A DNA stretch of 64,000 bases from Candidatus Dactylopiibacterium sp. (GTDB lineage: Bacteria > Pseudomonadota > Gammaproteobacteria > Burkholderiales > Rhodocyclaceae), in assembly GCA_031119555.1 (NCBI GenBank), contig JAVHXQ010000005.1:5500-69499 (forward strand), written 5' to 3'. Each line of letters opens with the position of its first letter. The stretch's first letter is position 1. Below the pieces are notes generated by a model. The model made no database searches and was not told the origin of the DNA. It saw nothing but the letters and a program-made list of their open reading frames with translations. The position numbers and the translations under genes were made by a program. Of this stretch, positions 7,422-17,696 are shown piece after piece.

Positions 7422-10109
7422 ATGGCCCATACCCCCGATACGATCTATCTCAAGGACTACACGCCGCCGTCCTGCCTGATCGACACCGTCGCGCTCGACA
7501 TCGCGATCCTCGACGGCCATGCCCGCGTGCGGGCGCGCCTGGAAGGCCGGCGCAACCCCGCCAGCGCCGACACGTCGCTGTTTCTCGACGGCGAGGAACT
7601 CGAGCTCGAAGACATCCGCCTGGACGGCGAGGCCCTGCCCGCCTCGCGCTACCGTCTCGACGCGCGCGGCCTGCGGATTTCCGGCATTCCCGCGCGCTTC
7701 GTGCTCGAAACCACCGTCCGCATCGACCCGGACCACAATACCCAGCTCTCGGGCCTGTACCGCTCGCGCGACGGCTACTTCACGCAATGCGAGGCGCAGG
7801 GCTTCCGCCGCATCACCTTCTATCCCGACCGGCCCGACGTGATGGCGCGCTTCACCTGTCGCCTCAGCGCCGACAAGGCCGCTTTCCCCGTGCTGCTCGC
7901 CAACGGCAACCCGGCCGGCCACGGCGACGAGGCTGGCGCCGGGCACCGGCACTGGGCGCTGTGGGAAGACCCGTTCCCCAAGCCCGCCTATCTGTTCGCC
8001 TGCGTGGCGGCGCGACTCGACGTGCTCGAGGACCATTTCGTGACGAAGTCCGGCCGCCGCGTGCGCTGCGCGGTCTATGTGGAGCCCGGCAAGCTCGACC
8101 AGTGCGACCACGCCATGGCCGCGATCAGGAAGAGCATGAAGTGGGACGAGGACGTCTTCGGCCTGGAGATGGACCTCGACCACTACATGATCGTCGCCGT
8201 GGGCGACTTCAACATGGGCGCGATGGAGAACAAGGGCCTCAACATCTTCAACACCAAGTACGTGCTCGCCCGCCCCGACACGGCGACCGACGTGGACTAC
8301 CAGAACATCGACCGCGTGGTCGCCCACGAGTACTTCCACAACTGGACGGGCAACCGCGTGACCTGCCGCGACTGGTTCCAGCTCTCGCTGAAGGAGGGCC
8401 TCACGGTCTTCCGCGACCAGCAGTTCGGCATGGACATGCATTCGCGCGGCGTCACGCGCATCCAGGAAGTCCGCGGTCTGCGCGCCGCCCAGTTCCCCGA
8501 GGACGCGGGCCCCATGGCCCACCCGATCCGGCCCGCGAGCTATGCCGAGATCAACAACTTCTACACCGCGACGGTCTATGAGAAGGGCGCGGAAGTCATC
8601 CGCATGATCCATACCCTGATCGGCGCCCAGGCCTTCCGCCGCGGCATGGATCTGTACTTCGCGCGCCATGACGGCCAGGCCGTGACCTGCGAGGATTTCG
8701 TGGCCGCCATGCAGGACGCCTCCGGCCTGGACCTCACCCAGTTCCGCCGCTGGTACGACCAGGCCGGCACGCCGCGCCTCGTCGTCACGAGCCGGCACGA
8801 CCCCGCCACGCGGCGCTACACGCTGGAAGTCGAACAGCAGTTCCCTCCCACGCCCTATGAAGCCCGCATGGCCGAAAGCGGCCTGGCCCTGGAACGCGGC
8901 CCCTACCACCTCCCCCTGGTGCTTGCGCTGCTCGACGCCGAAGGGCGCGAACTGCCGCTGCGCCTGGAAGGCGAAGCCGCGCCAGGCGGCACCGAACGCA
9001 TGCTGGAAGTGCGCGAGACGCGCCAGCGCTTCGTTTTCGAGGACATCGCGGCCGCGCCCGTGCCGTCGCTGCTGCGTGGCTTCTCGGCGCCCGTGATCCT
9101 CGAGTTCGCCTACACGACCGCCCAGCTCACGCACCTCATGGCCTTCGACCGCGACGCCGTGAACCGCTGGGAAGCCGGCCAGCGCCTCGCCAGCGAGATC
9201 CTGCTCGCGGGCGTGGCCGCCGCGCAGGCCGGCACGCTCGCCGACGGCGCCTGGATTCCGCAGGACTACGTTCCCGCCATGGCGCGCCTGCTCGGCGCTG
9301 CCTTCGTGGAAGGCGGCGACCCGGCCCTGGTCGCCGAAGCCTTCGCGCTGCCCTCCGAAACCCTGATCGCGGAGCGCATGGACGTCGTCGACCCCGACGC
9401 CATCCACGCCGCCCGCCAGGCCCTGCGCCGCACGCTGGCGCAGGAGCTCAGCGAGGTCCTGCTGTCGGCCTACCTCGAACTCGAGACAGAAGAGCCCTAC
9501 TCGCCCGAAGGCCCGCAAGCCGGCCGGCGCGCCTTGCGCAACGCGTGCCTTTCCTACCTTTCGGAGCTCGACGAAGGCGGCGCCCAGGCGCTCGTGATCG
9601 GCCATTTCGAGCAGGCCGCCAACATGACCGACACCATGGCCGCGCTCGCCGCGCTCGCCAATATCGATCTGCCCGCGCGCGGCGACGCACTCGCGAGCTT
9701 CTATTCGAAATGGCGCGACGAAGCGCTGGTCGTCGACAAATGGCTGCAGGTGCAGGCCACGTCACGCCTGCCCCAGACCACGGCCGACGTGCGCGCGCTC
9801 ATGGCCCATGAAGCCTTCGACATCCGCAACCCGAACAAGGTGTATTCGCTCGTGCGCGCCTTCTGCGCCGCCAACCCCAAGCACTTCCACGCGGCCGACG
9901 GCTCGGGCTACCGGCTCGCGGCCGACGCCATCCTGCAGCTCGATCCGCTCAATCCGCAGGTCGCCTCACGCATCGCGCGCTGCTTCGACCGCTGGAAGAA
10001 ATTCGACGCCACACGCCAGAACCACGCACGCGCACAGCTCGAACGCATCCGCGCGCGCGCCGAACTGTCCAGCGACGTGGCCGAGGTCGTGGGCAAGGCG
10101 CTGGGCTGA
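7422..10109 (+). CDS. pepN: aminopeptidase N
   Basis: 895 aa. It has the GAMEN motif (GAMENKGLNIFN) and the zinc site HEYFHNWTGNRVTCRDWFQLSLKEG. Confidence 0.95.
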   Translation: MAHTPDTIYLKDYTPPSCLIDTVALDIAILDGHARVRARLEGRRNPASADTSLFLDGEELELEDIRLDGEALPASRYRLDARGLRISGIPARFVLETTVRIDPDHNTQLSGLYRSRDGYFTQCEAQGFRRITFYPDRPDVMARFTCRLSADKAAFPVLLANGNPAGHGDEAGAGHRHWALWEDPFPKPAYLFACVAARLDVLEDHFVTKSGRRVRCAVYVEPGKLDQCDHAMAAIRKSMKWDEDVFGLEMDLDHYMIVAVGDFNMGAMENKGLNIFNTKYVLARPDTATDVDYQNIDRVVAHEYFHNWTGNRVTCRDWFQLSLKEGLTVFRDQQFGMDMHSRGVTRIQEVRGLRAAQFPEDAGPMAHPIRPASYAEINNFYTATVYEKGAEVIRMIHTLIGAQAFRRGMDLYFARHDGQAVTCEDFVAAMQDASGLDLTQFRRWYDQAGTPRLVVTSRHDPATRRYTLEVEQQFPPTPYEARMAESGLALERGPYHLPLVLALLDAEGRELPLRLEGEAAPGGTERMLEVRETRQRFVFEDIAAAPVPSLLRGFSAPVILEFAYTTAQLTHLMAFDRDAVNRWEAGQRLASEILLAGVAAAQAGTLADGAWIPQDYVPAMARLLGAAFVEGGDPALVAEAFALPSETLIAERMDVVDPDAIHAARQALRRTLAQELSEVLLSAYLELETEEPYSPEGPQAGRRALRNACLSYLSELDEGGAQALVIGHFEQAANMTDTMAALAALANIDLPARGDALASFYSKWRDEALVVDKWLQVQATSRLPQTTADVRALMAHEAFDIRNPNKVYSLVRAFCAANPKHFHAADGSGYRLAADAILQLDPLNPQVASRIARCFDRWKKFDATRQNHARAQLERIRARAELSSDVAEVVGKALG

Positions 10110-10124
10110 TCCAGGCGCCGCCGC

Positions 10125-11342
10125 TCAGCCTCCGCTACGGGAGGCGGGGCGGCGTCCCTCGGGGGTGCGCGCAAGCCCTGGCAATTCGCCACGGAAGATG
10201 ACTGCGCACCACAAAAGTGCAACCAGCCCCAGCGCTGCACCAACATAGCCAATCGACCCCATCGAAAGCCGGGCGCTCACCTGGCTGCCCAGCAGCGCGC
10301 CGCCCCCGATGCCGATGTTGAAGATGCCCGAGTAAAGCGACATCGCCACGTCGGTGGCGTCGGGCGCGGCATTGAGCACCTTCACCTGCATGCCCAGCCC
10401 GATCACCATCATCGAAGCGCCCCACACGAAGCTCAGCACCAGCATGCTCAGCGGATGCCACGACGCCGGCACCAGCAGCAGCAGACAGGCCGTGGTCATC
10501 AGCACGCCCGCCGTCAGCAGTGTGGACGGGTAGCGGCTGCCCAGCCGCCCGAACAGCATGCTGCCGAGAATGCCGGCGCCGCCCAGCGCCAGCAGCACGA
10601 GGGTTGCAAAGCCGCTGCCCAGGCCCGCCACATGTTCGATGAAAGGCTCGATGTAGCTGTAGGCGGTGAAATGCGCCGTGACCGCCACCACCGTCAGCAC
10701 ATAGATGCGGGTGAGCGAGAAGCGCCGCAGCAGCACCGGCACGCTTTCCAGCGAGCCCGTGCGCTGGCTCGGCAGCAGGGGCAGCAGGCGTACCAGCGCC
10801 ACCAGCACGCAGGCCGCGAGCAGGCCGATCACCAGAAACGTCATGCGCCAGCCCAGCCATTGCCCCAGCATGCGCCCCAGCGGCACCCCCGCCACGAGGG
10901 CCAGCACCGTCCCCGTGGCAAGCATGCTGAGCGCCGGCGCACCCTTGCCGGCCGGCGCCACGCGCACCGCGAGCGCCACCGTGATCGACCAGAACACGGC
11001 GTGCGCGAGCGCGATCCCCATCCGGCCCAGCATGAGAATCCAGAAATTCCAGGCCACCGCGCACAGCAGATGGCTCGCGATGAACAGTACGAACAGACGC
11101 ACGAGCAGCGCCTTGCGCTCGACGTTGCGCGTGGCCAGCATCGCCGGCAACGAAGTCAGCGACACGATCCAGGCGTAGATCGTGATCATCAGCCCCACGC
11201 GCTCGGTCGGCATCGCGAAATCGGCGGCGATCCCGCTCAACAGGCCCACCGGCACGAACTCGGTGGTATTGAAGATGAAGGCGGCGAGCGCCAGCGCAAT
11301 GACGCGCCACCAGTCGGCGCGGGAAGATTCGGAAACAGTCAT
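10125..11342 (-). CDS. sotB: MFS sugar efflux transporter SotB
   Basis: 405 aa. It is collinear with E. coli SotB as I remember it ([74 protein letters not shown]). Confidence 0.85.
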   Translation of the reverse strand: MTVSESSRADWWRVIALALAAFIFNTTEFVPVGLLSGIAADFAMPTERVGLMITIYAWIVSLTSLPAMLATRNVERKALLVRLFVLFIASHLLCAVAWNFWILMLGRMGIALAHAVFWSITVALAVRVAPAGKGAPALSMLATGTVLALVAGVPLGRMLGQWLGWRMTFLVIGLLAACVLVALVRLLPLLPSQRTGSLESVPVLLRRFSLTRIYVLTVVAVTAHFTAYSYIEPFIEHVAGLGSGFATLVLLALGGAGILGSMLFGRLGSRYPSTLLTAGVLMTTACLLLLVPASWHPLSMLVLSFVWGASMMVIGLGMQVKVLNAAPDATDVAMSLYSGIFNIGIGGGALLGSQVSARLSMGSIGYVGAALGLVALLWCAVIFRGELPGLARTPEGRRPASRSGG

Positions 11343-11593
11343 GATGGTCCAGGAAGCGGCCTTGCCGCCTTGCGTGCGCCCTTGGCAGCGGGCGGCATGG
11401 CCAGGCCGGCGGAGTTCGCGGCCACGGCGGCCGACACGCCGGAAAGGAAAAGCGCAGGCCGCGTGCGCACGTTACGGCAAAAGGACACCCCTCACAATCA
11501 GGATCCCGAATGCCGGGATTCAAGGCTTGATTGCCCTCCCGCCCGCGCCTGCGCCGGCTCGCCCCGCAGCCAGCCCCGATAGCGCCACCCCGC

Positions 11594-12529
11594 TCAGGTC
11601 GCGGCCGCTTTCTGCTCCCCGGCCGGTCTGAGCGCGGGGACCAGCACGCTATCCAGGAAACGCAGGAAGGCCCGCACCGGCGCGGAATTCTTGCTGCCGT
11701 TCGGATACAGCGCCTGCACCGCCGGCCCGGGCCGGCGCCAGTCGGGCAGCACCCGCACCAGACGGCCCTCCTGCAGGTGGCGCCGGAGCAGGAAATCGAA
11801 ATCCTCATAGATACCCAGCCCCGCCAGCGCGCAGGTGAGCCCGGCGCGCGCGTTGTCCACGGCCAGGTCGCCGTCGGCCGGCACGGTGATGGTCTCCCGC
11901 CCCTTCACGAGTACGTAGTCGAGCGCGCGGCCGGCATCGGCGTCGAAGAAATCGATGGTCTGATGCCGCAGCAGATCCTGCGGATGGCGCGGCGTGCCAA
12001 AGCGCGCGAGGTAGCCCGGGCTCGCCGCCATGACGAAGTTCACCTGGCCGAAACGCTTGTAACGGTAGGCGGAATCCTTGTTGTCGGAGAGCCGCAAGGC
12101 CACGTCTATCCCTTCCTCGGCAAGGTCCGGCGCGCGCTCGGACAGCGAGATGCGCAGCGCAAGATCGGGGTAGGCGCGCAGGAATTCGGCCATGCGCGGC
12201 AGCACCAGGGTGTTGGCGATCGATTCCGTCATCTGCACGTGAAGGTGGCCCGCCACACGCCCGGCCCGGCGCGAGAACTCGGCCGTGAGCTCCTCCAGCC
12301 CGCTCACGAGCACGCGCGCACGCTGGGCGAACCGCTCGCCGTCGGCCGTCAGCGATACATGCCGCGTGGTGCGGTGGAACAGCGCCAGGCCGAGCGCCTT
12401 CTCCAGACTCTGCACCTGCGTGCTGACCGTCGAGCGCGCCAGCCGCAGCCGCTTGGCGGCCTGTGAGAACGAGCCGAACTCAGCCACCGCAAGGAAAGTC
12501 TGCAACTCGGAAAAATGCTCCATCGCCAT
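11594..12529 (-). CDS. LysR family transcriptional regulator
   Basis: 311 aa. The N-terminal wHTH reads LQTFLAVAEFGSFSQAAKRLRLARSTVSTQVQSLEKALG, followed by a LysR substrate-binding domain. Confidence 0.9.
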   Translation of the reverse strand: MAMEHFSELQTFLAVAEFGSFSQAAKRLRLARSTVSTQVQSLEKALGLALFHRTTRHVSLTADGERFAQRARVLVSGLEELTAEFSRRAGRVAGHLHVQMTESIANTLVLPRMAEFLRAYPDLALRISLSERAPDLAEEGIDVALRLSDNKDSAYRYKRFGQVNFVMAASPGYLARFGTPRHPQDLLRHQTIDFFDADAGRALDYVLVKGRETITVPADGDLAVDNARAGLTCALAGLGIYEDFDFLLRRHLQEGRLVRVLPDWRRPGPAVQALYPNGSKNSAPVRAFLRFLDSVLVPALRPAGEQKAAAT

Positions 12530-12552
12530 GATTGTTCATCCAGTTCGAACAA

Positions 12553-12568
12553 TGAATTTGCGCCATTC
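12553..12568. promoter_or_regulatory. candidate LysR T-N11-A operator with GAAT/ATTC dyad
   Basis: TGAATTTGCGCCATTC lies 24 bp upstream of the LysR start, in an AT-richer spacer. Confidence 0.3.
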
Positions 12569-12866
12569 GAGCATATCGCTCTCTATAGTTCAAACACATA
12601 GCTCAACCCAAGAGGTGACCCCATGTCCAACCGCGAACACGGCGGGGCAAACGCAAGGCGCCTGGCGGCATTTTCCAGTCTCCTTGCGTGCATGCCTCGC
12701 GAACTCTCGTTTCGCGACAGTCCGATGGCCCCCGAGCCATCGCGCAACTGATTTCCGCACCCATCGCCACCGCGTCCGGCACCGCCTCTTCGCCACCGTC
12801 TCACGGCCCGCAGTGTCGCGGCAACCCGCCGGAAACGCCTTCGCATCCCGCTTCAGGAGCCCGAAA

Positions 12867-13025
12867 ATGAGAATCGCCCTTCATCACGCCCACCCCACGC
12901 CTTCCGTGCGTCTGCAGCTCAGCGCCTCCTCGCGCCGGCTGCTCCTTGCGCTCGGCAGCGCTGTCGCGCCTTACGCCGTCGCAGCCCTGGTGGTGTTCGC
13001 GTACCACGAACAATGGTTCAGATAA
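12867..13025 (+). CDS. possible small membrane protein (52 aa), hypothetical
   Basis: AGGAG lies 8 nt upstream of ATG 12867. The product MRIALHHAHPTPSVRLQLSASSRRLLLALGSAVAPYAVAALVVFAYHEQWFR has a C-terminal hydrophobic helix. About 70% of codons end in G/C. I recognise no homology. Confidence 0.25.
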   Translation: MRIALHHAHPTPSVRLQLSASSRRLLLALGSAVAPYAVAALVVFAYHEQWFR

Positions 13026-13383
13026 GGGAAAACCCGCGCGCAATGGCCCACTGAAGGGCACGGCGCGCAGTTCCCCTCAGGGCTGGCGCAAGGCCGGCCC
13101 TGTCTGCCCGAATCGGGCAAGCCCTGATCTCAATCAGGCATCTCGCGTGCACGGGCGCCATAATCGCGCCCGTTTCCATGCCGGCTGGACGGGTGCAGGA
13201 TTCCGCCCGATCCGGGCGACCCGGGCGCCGGCAGCACCCGGCCGTCATTCAAACCAGCACATGTAAAATATACGCAGGACGTGGCGAGCCCGCGCATGGA
13301 CAGCGTTTGGCCTTATCCCCTACCATTGCGCTGCAATTTTGTTTGTTTTTTCTTACATTTCCTTCCCGGAGAAGCCAAACCTC

Positions 13384-14151
13384 ATGCGAGCGATCACCAC
13401 CCTTGCGCTGGCCCTCGGCCTGACGCTTGCCGTCACCAGCGTGCAGGCGCGCGACTGGGCCACCATCAAGCAGTCCGGCACCATCGTTGCCGGTAGCGAA
13501 GGCGCCTTCCCCCCGTTCAACTACTTCCAGGGTTCGAAGCTCAGCGGTTATGAAATCGAGGTCATGGAAGCCATCGGCAAGAAGCTCGGCCTGAAGGTCG
13601 AATGGCGCGCCCTGGCTTTTGACGCGTTGATCGCAAGCGTGCGTCAGGATCGTTTTGACGTCGCAATCGCCTCGCACGGCATCACCGAAGAACGTCAGAA
13701 GTCGGTCGACTTCACCAACCCGCACTACTGCTCCGGCGGCCAGATCTTCGCGAAGGCGGATGGCCCCCTCAAGGTGGCGGATCTCAAGGGCAAGACGGTC
13801 GGCGTGCAGCTCGCAACGAGCTACGCGGATTCGGTCAAGAAGATCGGCGCGCTCAAGGAAGTGAAGACCTACCCGAAGGACACCGACGCCCTGCAGGCGC
13901 TGATCGGCAACCGCATCGACGCCTGGGTCACCGACCGTTTCGTGGGCAAGAGCGCGCTCGAGAAGAACGCCGCCGCGGGCCTCAAGGCCGGTGAAATGGT
14001 CTTCGTCGAGCGCATCGCCATGATCCACAAGAAGGGCAACGCGGAACTCGATGCCCAGCTCAACAAGGCGCTGGCCGAAATCAAGGCCGACGGCACCCTG
14101 AAGGCGATCTCGCAAAAGTACTTCCAGGAAGACATTTCCTGTCCGAACTGA
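13384..14151 (+). CDS. amino acid ABC transporter substrate-binding protein (signal peptide)
   Basis: 255 aa from ATG 13384 (MRAITTLALALGLTLAVTSVQA). It is a PBP3/SBP_bac_3-like protein (G.EG.FPPF.Y, DVAIASHGITEER, TDRFV). Confidence 0.9.
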   Translation: MRAITTLALALGLTLAVTSVQARDWATIKQSGTIVAGSEGAFPPFNYFQGSKLSGYEIEVMEAIGKKLGLKVEWRALAFDALIASVRQDRFDVAIASHGITEERQKSVDFTNPHYCSGGQIFAKADGPLKVADLKGKTVGVQLATSYADSVKKIGALKEVKTYPKDTDALQALIGNRIDAWVTDRFVGKSALEKNAAAGLKAGEMVFVERIAMIHKKGNAELDAQLNKALAEIKADGTLKAISQKYFQEDISCPN

Positions 14152-14178
14152 GGCAGGATTTCCGTTCTTCTGAAACAG

Positions 14179-14206
14179 GCGGGCACTCCGGCAACGGAGT
14201 GCCCGC
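14179..14206 (+). other. intercistronic stem-loop between the SBP and permease genes
   Basis: An 11-bp perfect stem GCGGGCACTCC/GGAGTGCCCGC with a 6-nt loop and no T-run. This position is typical of mRNA-stabilising or attenuating hairpins in ABC operons. Confidence 0.45.
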
Positions 14207-14221
14207 GCACGCATCAAGAAA

Positions 14222-14977
14222 ATGATAGATAAACTCAAAGACCGAGACGCACTGACCCTGGTCGGTTCCGTGCTGGGGCTCGGGCTCATTCTCGGTTTTA
14301 TCGGCACGGCACTGGCGCCTCTGCCCGACCCCATCGGCCCGGCCGCGCAGCAGTTCGCAGACGGCGCCCTGACCACCATCGAACTCACGCTCGTCGCAGG
14401 CGCCCTGGGCCTCGTGCTGGGCGTCGTCGCCGCGGTCGGCAAGCGCTCGCAAGTCCTGCCCGTGCGCTGGCTGGCCGATCTGTATGTATGGATCATCCGC
14501 GGCACGCCGCTGATGCTGCAGATCCTGTTCTTCTTCCTTGCGCTGCCCGCCATCGCGCCGCAACTCCAGCTCTCCGAATTCTGGACGGCCGTGCTCGCGC
14601 TCTCGCTGAATGTCGGCGCCTACAACGCAGAAGTGATCCGCGCCGGCATCGCCGCCGTGCCCTCGGGCCAGATCGAGGCCGCGCGGTCGCTGGGCCTGTC
14701 GTCGCTGTACTCTTTCTGGGACATCGTGCTGCCGCAGGCCGTGCGCATCTCGCTGCCCCCGCTGGCCAACAACATGGTTGCGCTGCTCAAGGATTCCTCC
14801 CTGGCCTACGCGATCGGCGTCGTGGAACTCACCATGGCCAGCTCGCGCGTGCAGGCCGAAAGCTTCCGGCCCGACATCGTCCTGCCCACGGTAGCAGTCG
14901 TCTATCTGCTGCTGACCACCACCTTCACCCAGTTTGCGGCCGCGCTGGAGCGCAAGCTCGCAGTCGGCAAGCGTTGA
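14222..14977 (+). CDS. amino acid ABC transporter permease
   Basis: 251 aa, polytopic, HisM/GlnP-type, with the EAA-like loop (EAARSLGLS) and [11 protein letters not shown]. Confidence 0.9.
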   Translation: MIDKLKDRDALTLVGSVLGLGLILGFIGTALAPLPDPIGPAAQQFADGALTTIELTLVAGALGLVLGVVAAVGKRSQVLPVRWLADLYVWIIRGTPLMLQILFFFLALPAIAPQLQLSEFWTAVLALSLNVGAYNAEVIRAGIAAVPSGQIEAARSLGLSSLYSFWDIVLPQAVRISLPPLANNMVALLKDSSLAYAIGVVELTMASSRVQAESFRPDIVLPTVAVVYLLLTTTFTQFAAALERKLAVGKR

Positions 14978-14980
14978 GCC

Positions 14981-15733
14981 ATGCGTAACGGAAAACCCAT
15001 CATCCAGGTCGAGAACCTCCGCAAGAGCTGGGGCAACTTCACCGCGCTCGACGGCGTTTCGGTCACCTTCAACGAAGGCGAAGTCGTCTGCATCATCGGC
15101 CCCTCCGGCTCGGGCAAATCGACGCTGCTTCGCAGCATCAACCATCTCGAGCCGCACAACGCGGGCCGCATCGTGGTGGACGGCATCGAGCTCGACGACG
15201 ACATGAAGAACATCGACGCCGTGCGCGCCGAAGTGGGCATGGTGTTCCAGAGCTTCAACCTTTTCTCGCACATGACCGTGCTCGACAACATCACGCTCGC
15301 GCCGCGCCGCGTGCGCAAGTGGGGCAACGAGAAGGCCGAGAAGGTCGCGCTCGAACTGCTCGAGCGCGTCGGCCTGTCGGCGCATTCGCACAAATACCCC
15401 AACCAGCTCTCGGGCGGACAGCAGCAGCGCGTCGCCATCGCGCGCGCGCTCGCCATGCAGCCCCGCGTGATGCTGTTCGACGAGCCGACGTCAGCGCTGG
15501 ACCCCGAAATGGTGAATGAAGTCCTGCTCGTGATGCGCGACCTGGCGAGCAGCGGCATGACCATGCTCATCGTGACGCACGAAATGGGATTTGCTAGGGA
15601 AGTTGCTGATCGCGTGATTTTCTTTGATCAGGGCAATATCGTCGAGCAAAGCAATGATCCAGCAGGATTTTTCAACCACCCGGCGCACCCGCGTGCGCAG
15701 GCCTTCCTGAAGCAGATCAAACATGCGGCATAA
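14981..15733 (+). CDS. amino acid ABC transporter ATP-binding protein
   Basis: 250 aa. Walker A is GPSGSGKST, the signature is [15 protein letters not shown], and Walker B is [11 protein letters not shown]. Confidence 0.95.
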   Translation: MRNGKPIIQVENLRKSWGNFTALDGVSVTFNEGEVVCIIGPSGSGKSTLLRSINHLEPHNAGRIVVDGIELDDDMKNIDAVRAEVGMVFQSFNLFSHMTVLDNITLAPRRVRKWGNEKAEKVALELLERVGLSAHSHKYPNQLSGGQQQRVAIARALAMQPRVMLFDEPTSALDPEMVNEVLLVMRDLASSGMTMLIVTHEMGFAREVADRVIFFDQGNIVEQSNDPAGFFNHPAHPRAQAFLKQIKHAA

Positions 15734-15797
15734 TTATTGCTTAAGACACTCCTGTAGATTCGTAGTTCCTTCCCAACTGTCTGGAAAATAAGCAACC

Positions 15798-17045
15798 ATG
15801 AAAAAACGCATTCTCGTCGCCTCCGTCGCAGCCGCTCTGGCAGTTCCGGCCTTCGCCCAGACCGCTCCGTCGCTCGAACTGCTGCAGAAGCAGATCGCCG
15901 ACCTGCAGCAGCAGCTCACCGACCTCAAGAACCAGCAGGAAGCCCAGAGCAAGGAAGTCGTCATGAAGGGCGATGCTCCCGGCTCCTACCGCCGCGCCGG
16001 CGAAGAAACCTCGGTCCGCCTGTATGGCTTCGCGCGTGCCGACGTTGTGCACAACTTCGGCGGCCGCAACAATGCCAGCACCGGCGACTACGCGGCCTAC
16101 CAGCCCAGCATCGCCCTGACGGGCTCGCCGAACGCCTCCCAGCGCGGTGAAACCTACGCCTTCGTGCGTGCCTCGCGCCTGGGCGCCGAAGCCGTGACCC
16201 CGACGTCGCTGGGCGCGCTGAACGTCAAGGTGGAAGGCGACTTCTACAACACCGGCAGCAGCGGCCTGTTCCGTCTGCGTCACGCCTACGGCCAGCTGGG
16301 TTCGTGGATCGTCGGTCAGACGTGGTCGACCTTCATGGACCTCGACTCGACGCCCGAAACCGTCGACTTCAACGGCCCGACCGGCAACACCTCGCTGCGT
16401 CAGCCGCAGATCCGCTACACCTACGCCACCCCGAACGCCGGCAATTTCAGCACCGCGCTCGAATTCAAGGCCAACGGTGGCAACACCAGCGGCGAAGAAT
16501 TCAACCGCGTGCCCGATCTGGTCGTGCGCTGGGACAAGGCCTTCGACTGGGGCCACCTCGCGCTGCGCGGCGTGACCACCGAGAACGCCTACAAGTCCGA
16601 AACCGTGACGGCAGCCAAGCGCGGCTACGGCGTGGGTCTGGGCGGCTCGTTCAAGGCCACCGAAACCACCACCCTGCTTGCCAGCTCCACCTATGGCAAG
16701 GGCCTGGGCCGCTTCTTCAACGAGTCCGTCGGCACGCAGTTCGACTCGACGGTGAACGAAGCCAGCATCCCGAAGGAACTCGGCGTGGTCGTGGGCGTGC
16801 ATCAGAAGCTGAGCGACACCCTGCGCGGCAGCGTCACCTACGGTCAGCAGCGCACGCTGAGCGGCGTGACGGGCGACAGCCTGAACCGCTTCGTGCAATC
16901 CGGCACCATCGGCCTGATCTGGGCGCCGGTCGCCAACGTCGAACTGGGCAGCGAATTCATGCTGTCGCGTCGTGAAACCATCGGTGGCCAGAGCGGCACC
17001 GAGCCGCGCCTGAACTTCGCGGCCACCTACTCTTTCGGCAACTAA
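15798..17045 (+). CDS. outer-membrane porin, DcaP-like (N-terminal coiled coil plus beta-barrel)
   Basis: 415 aa. The signal peptide is MKKRILVASVAAALAVPAFA. A heptad-like segment LELLQKQIADLQQQLTDLKNQQEAQ is followed by alternating beta-strand sequence ending in a C-terminal aromatic (..ATYSFGN). The DcaP label comes from memory of that architecture. Confidence 0.75.
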   Translation: MKKRILVASVAAALAVPAFAQTAPSLELLQKQIADLQQQLTDLKNQQEAQSKEVVMKGDAPGSYRRAGEETSVRLYGFARADVVHNFGGRNNASTGDYAAYQPSIALTGSPNASQRGETYAFVRASRLGAEAVTPTSLGALNVKVEGDFYNTGSSGLFRLRHAYGQLGSWIVGQTWSTFMDLDSTPETVDFNGPTGNTSLRQPQIRYTYATPNAGNFSTALEFKANGGNTSGEEFNRVPDLVVRWDKAFDWGHLALRGVTTENAYKSETVTAAKRGYGVGLGGSFKATETTTLLASSTYGKGLGRFFNESVGTQFDSTVNEASIPKELGVVVGVHQKLSDTLRGSVTYGQQRTLSGVTGDSLNRFVQSGTIGLIWAPVANVELGSEFMLSRRETIGGQSGTEPRLNFAATYSFGN

Positions 17046-17063
17046 GCGAAAGACGCAGGCATG

Positions 17064-17095
17064 AAAAAGCCGACCTCCGGGTCGGCTTTTTCTTT
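17064..17095. terminator. bidirectional intrinsic terminator between convergent porin and lipoprotein genes
   Basis: AAAAA-GCCGACC-tccg-GGTCGGC-TTTTT: a 7-bp GC stem flanked by an A-run and a T-run. Confidence 0.8.
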
Positions 17096-17147
17096 GCCTC
17101 GCGCCGCCCGGCGCGAAACCGGCGCCATGCTCCGGCGCGGTACCGGC

Positions 17148-17618
17148 TCAGAAGCGCTGGTCGGCAACGATCCGCGTGGCGCCATCCACACGCGGATGCC
17201 AGTAGATGACGATGAGCCGCTGGGGCGAATCGTCCACGGCGAACTGGGTCGGGATCTCCCAGATGTCGCCGCCGGTCTGCGAGTCTTTCAGCACGCGGTC
17301 CGGCGAGCCCACGATGCGCTGCACCTCGGCGCGCGTCATGCCCGTCTTGAGCAGCCCGATGCTGTCTTCGGTATTCACGATGCGCGTATTCACGAGCACG
17401 CCCTTGCCGTCGAAATCGAGCATCACGTTGTGCGCGCTGGGCGGCCGGTTGGAGTACTCCAGCGTGACGCTGCCATCGCTGTTCTTCCATTCCGCGGTCG
17501 GCTTCTCGGTGCTGCGCATCCGGTCCAGGGTCATGCTGCCGGGCTTGAGGCGTTCGAGACTGCTCGTCGCGCAGGCCGACAGCACCAGGATGAGCGCAAG
17601 CGCGCCGACTCGTTTCAT
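17148..17618 (-). CDS. lipoprotein with BamE/SmpA_OmlA-like domain
   Basis: 156 aa from ATG 17616..17618. The lipobox is LILVLSAC, and the motif GMTRAEVQRIVGSPD is present. The rest of track ORF 17148..18551 is antisense to dusA. Confidence 0.75.
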   Translation of the reverse strand: MKRVGALALILVLSACATSSLERLKPGSMTLDRMRSTEKPTAEWKNSDGSVTLEYSNRPPSAHNVMLDFDGKGVLVNTRIVNTEDSIGLLKTGMTRAEVQRIVGSPDRVLKDSQTGGDIWEIPTQFAVDDSPQRLIVIYWHPRVDGATRIVADQRF

Positions 17619-17696
17619 GAAGATCTCCCGCCGCAAAAGCGTCGATGTTAACAGTTCGGCGCCGGGCCGCGCCGCCGCATCCGCTAAAATCCCGCC

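Noticed and set aside
13026-13100. A glycine-riboswitch-like string (CACTGAAGGGCA ... CCCTCAGGGC) upstream of the amino-acid ABC operon.
   Set aside because: The topology does not fit. The segment after GAAGGGCA pairs back to the 5' CGCGCGC instead of forming its own P3 hairpin. There is no second aptamer, and it lies ~300 nt from the transporter start. It more likely belongs to a simple extended hairpin.
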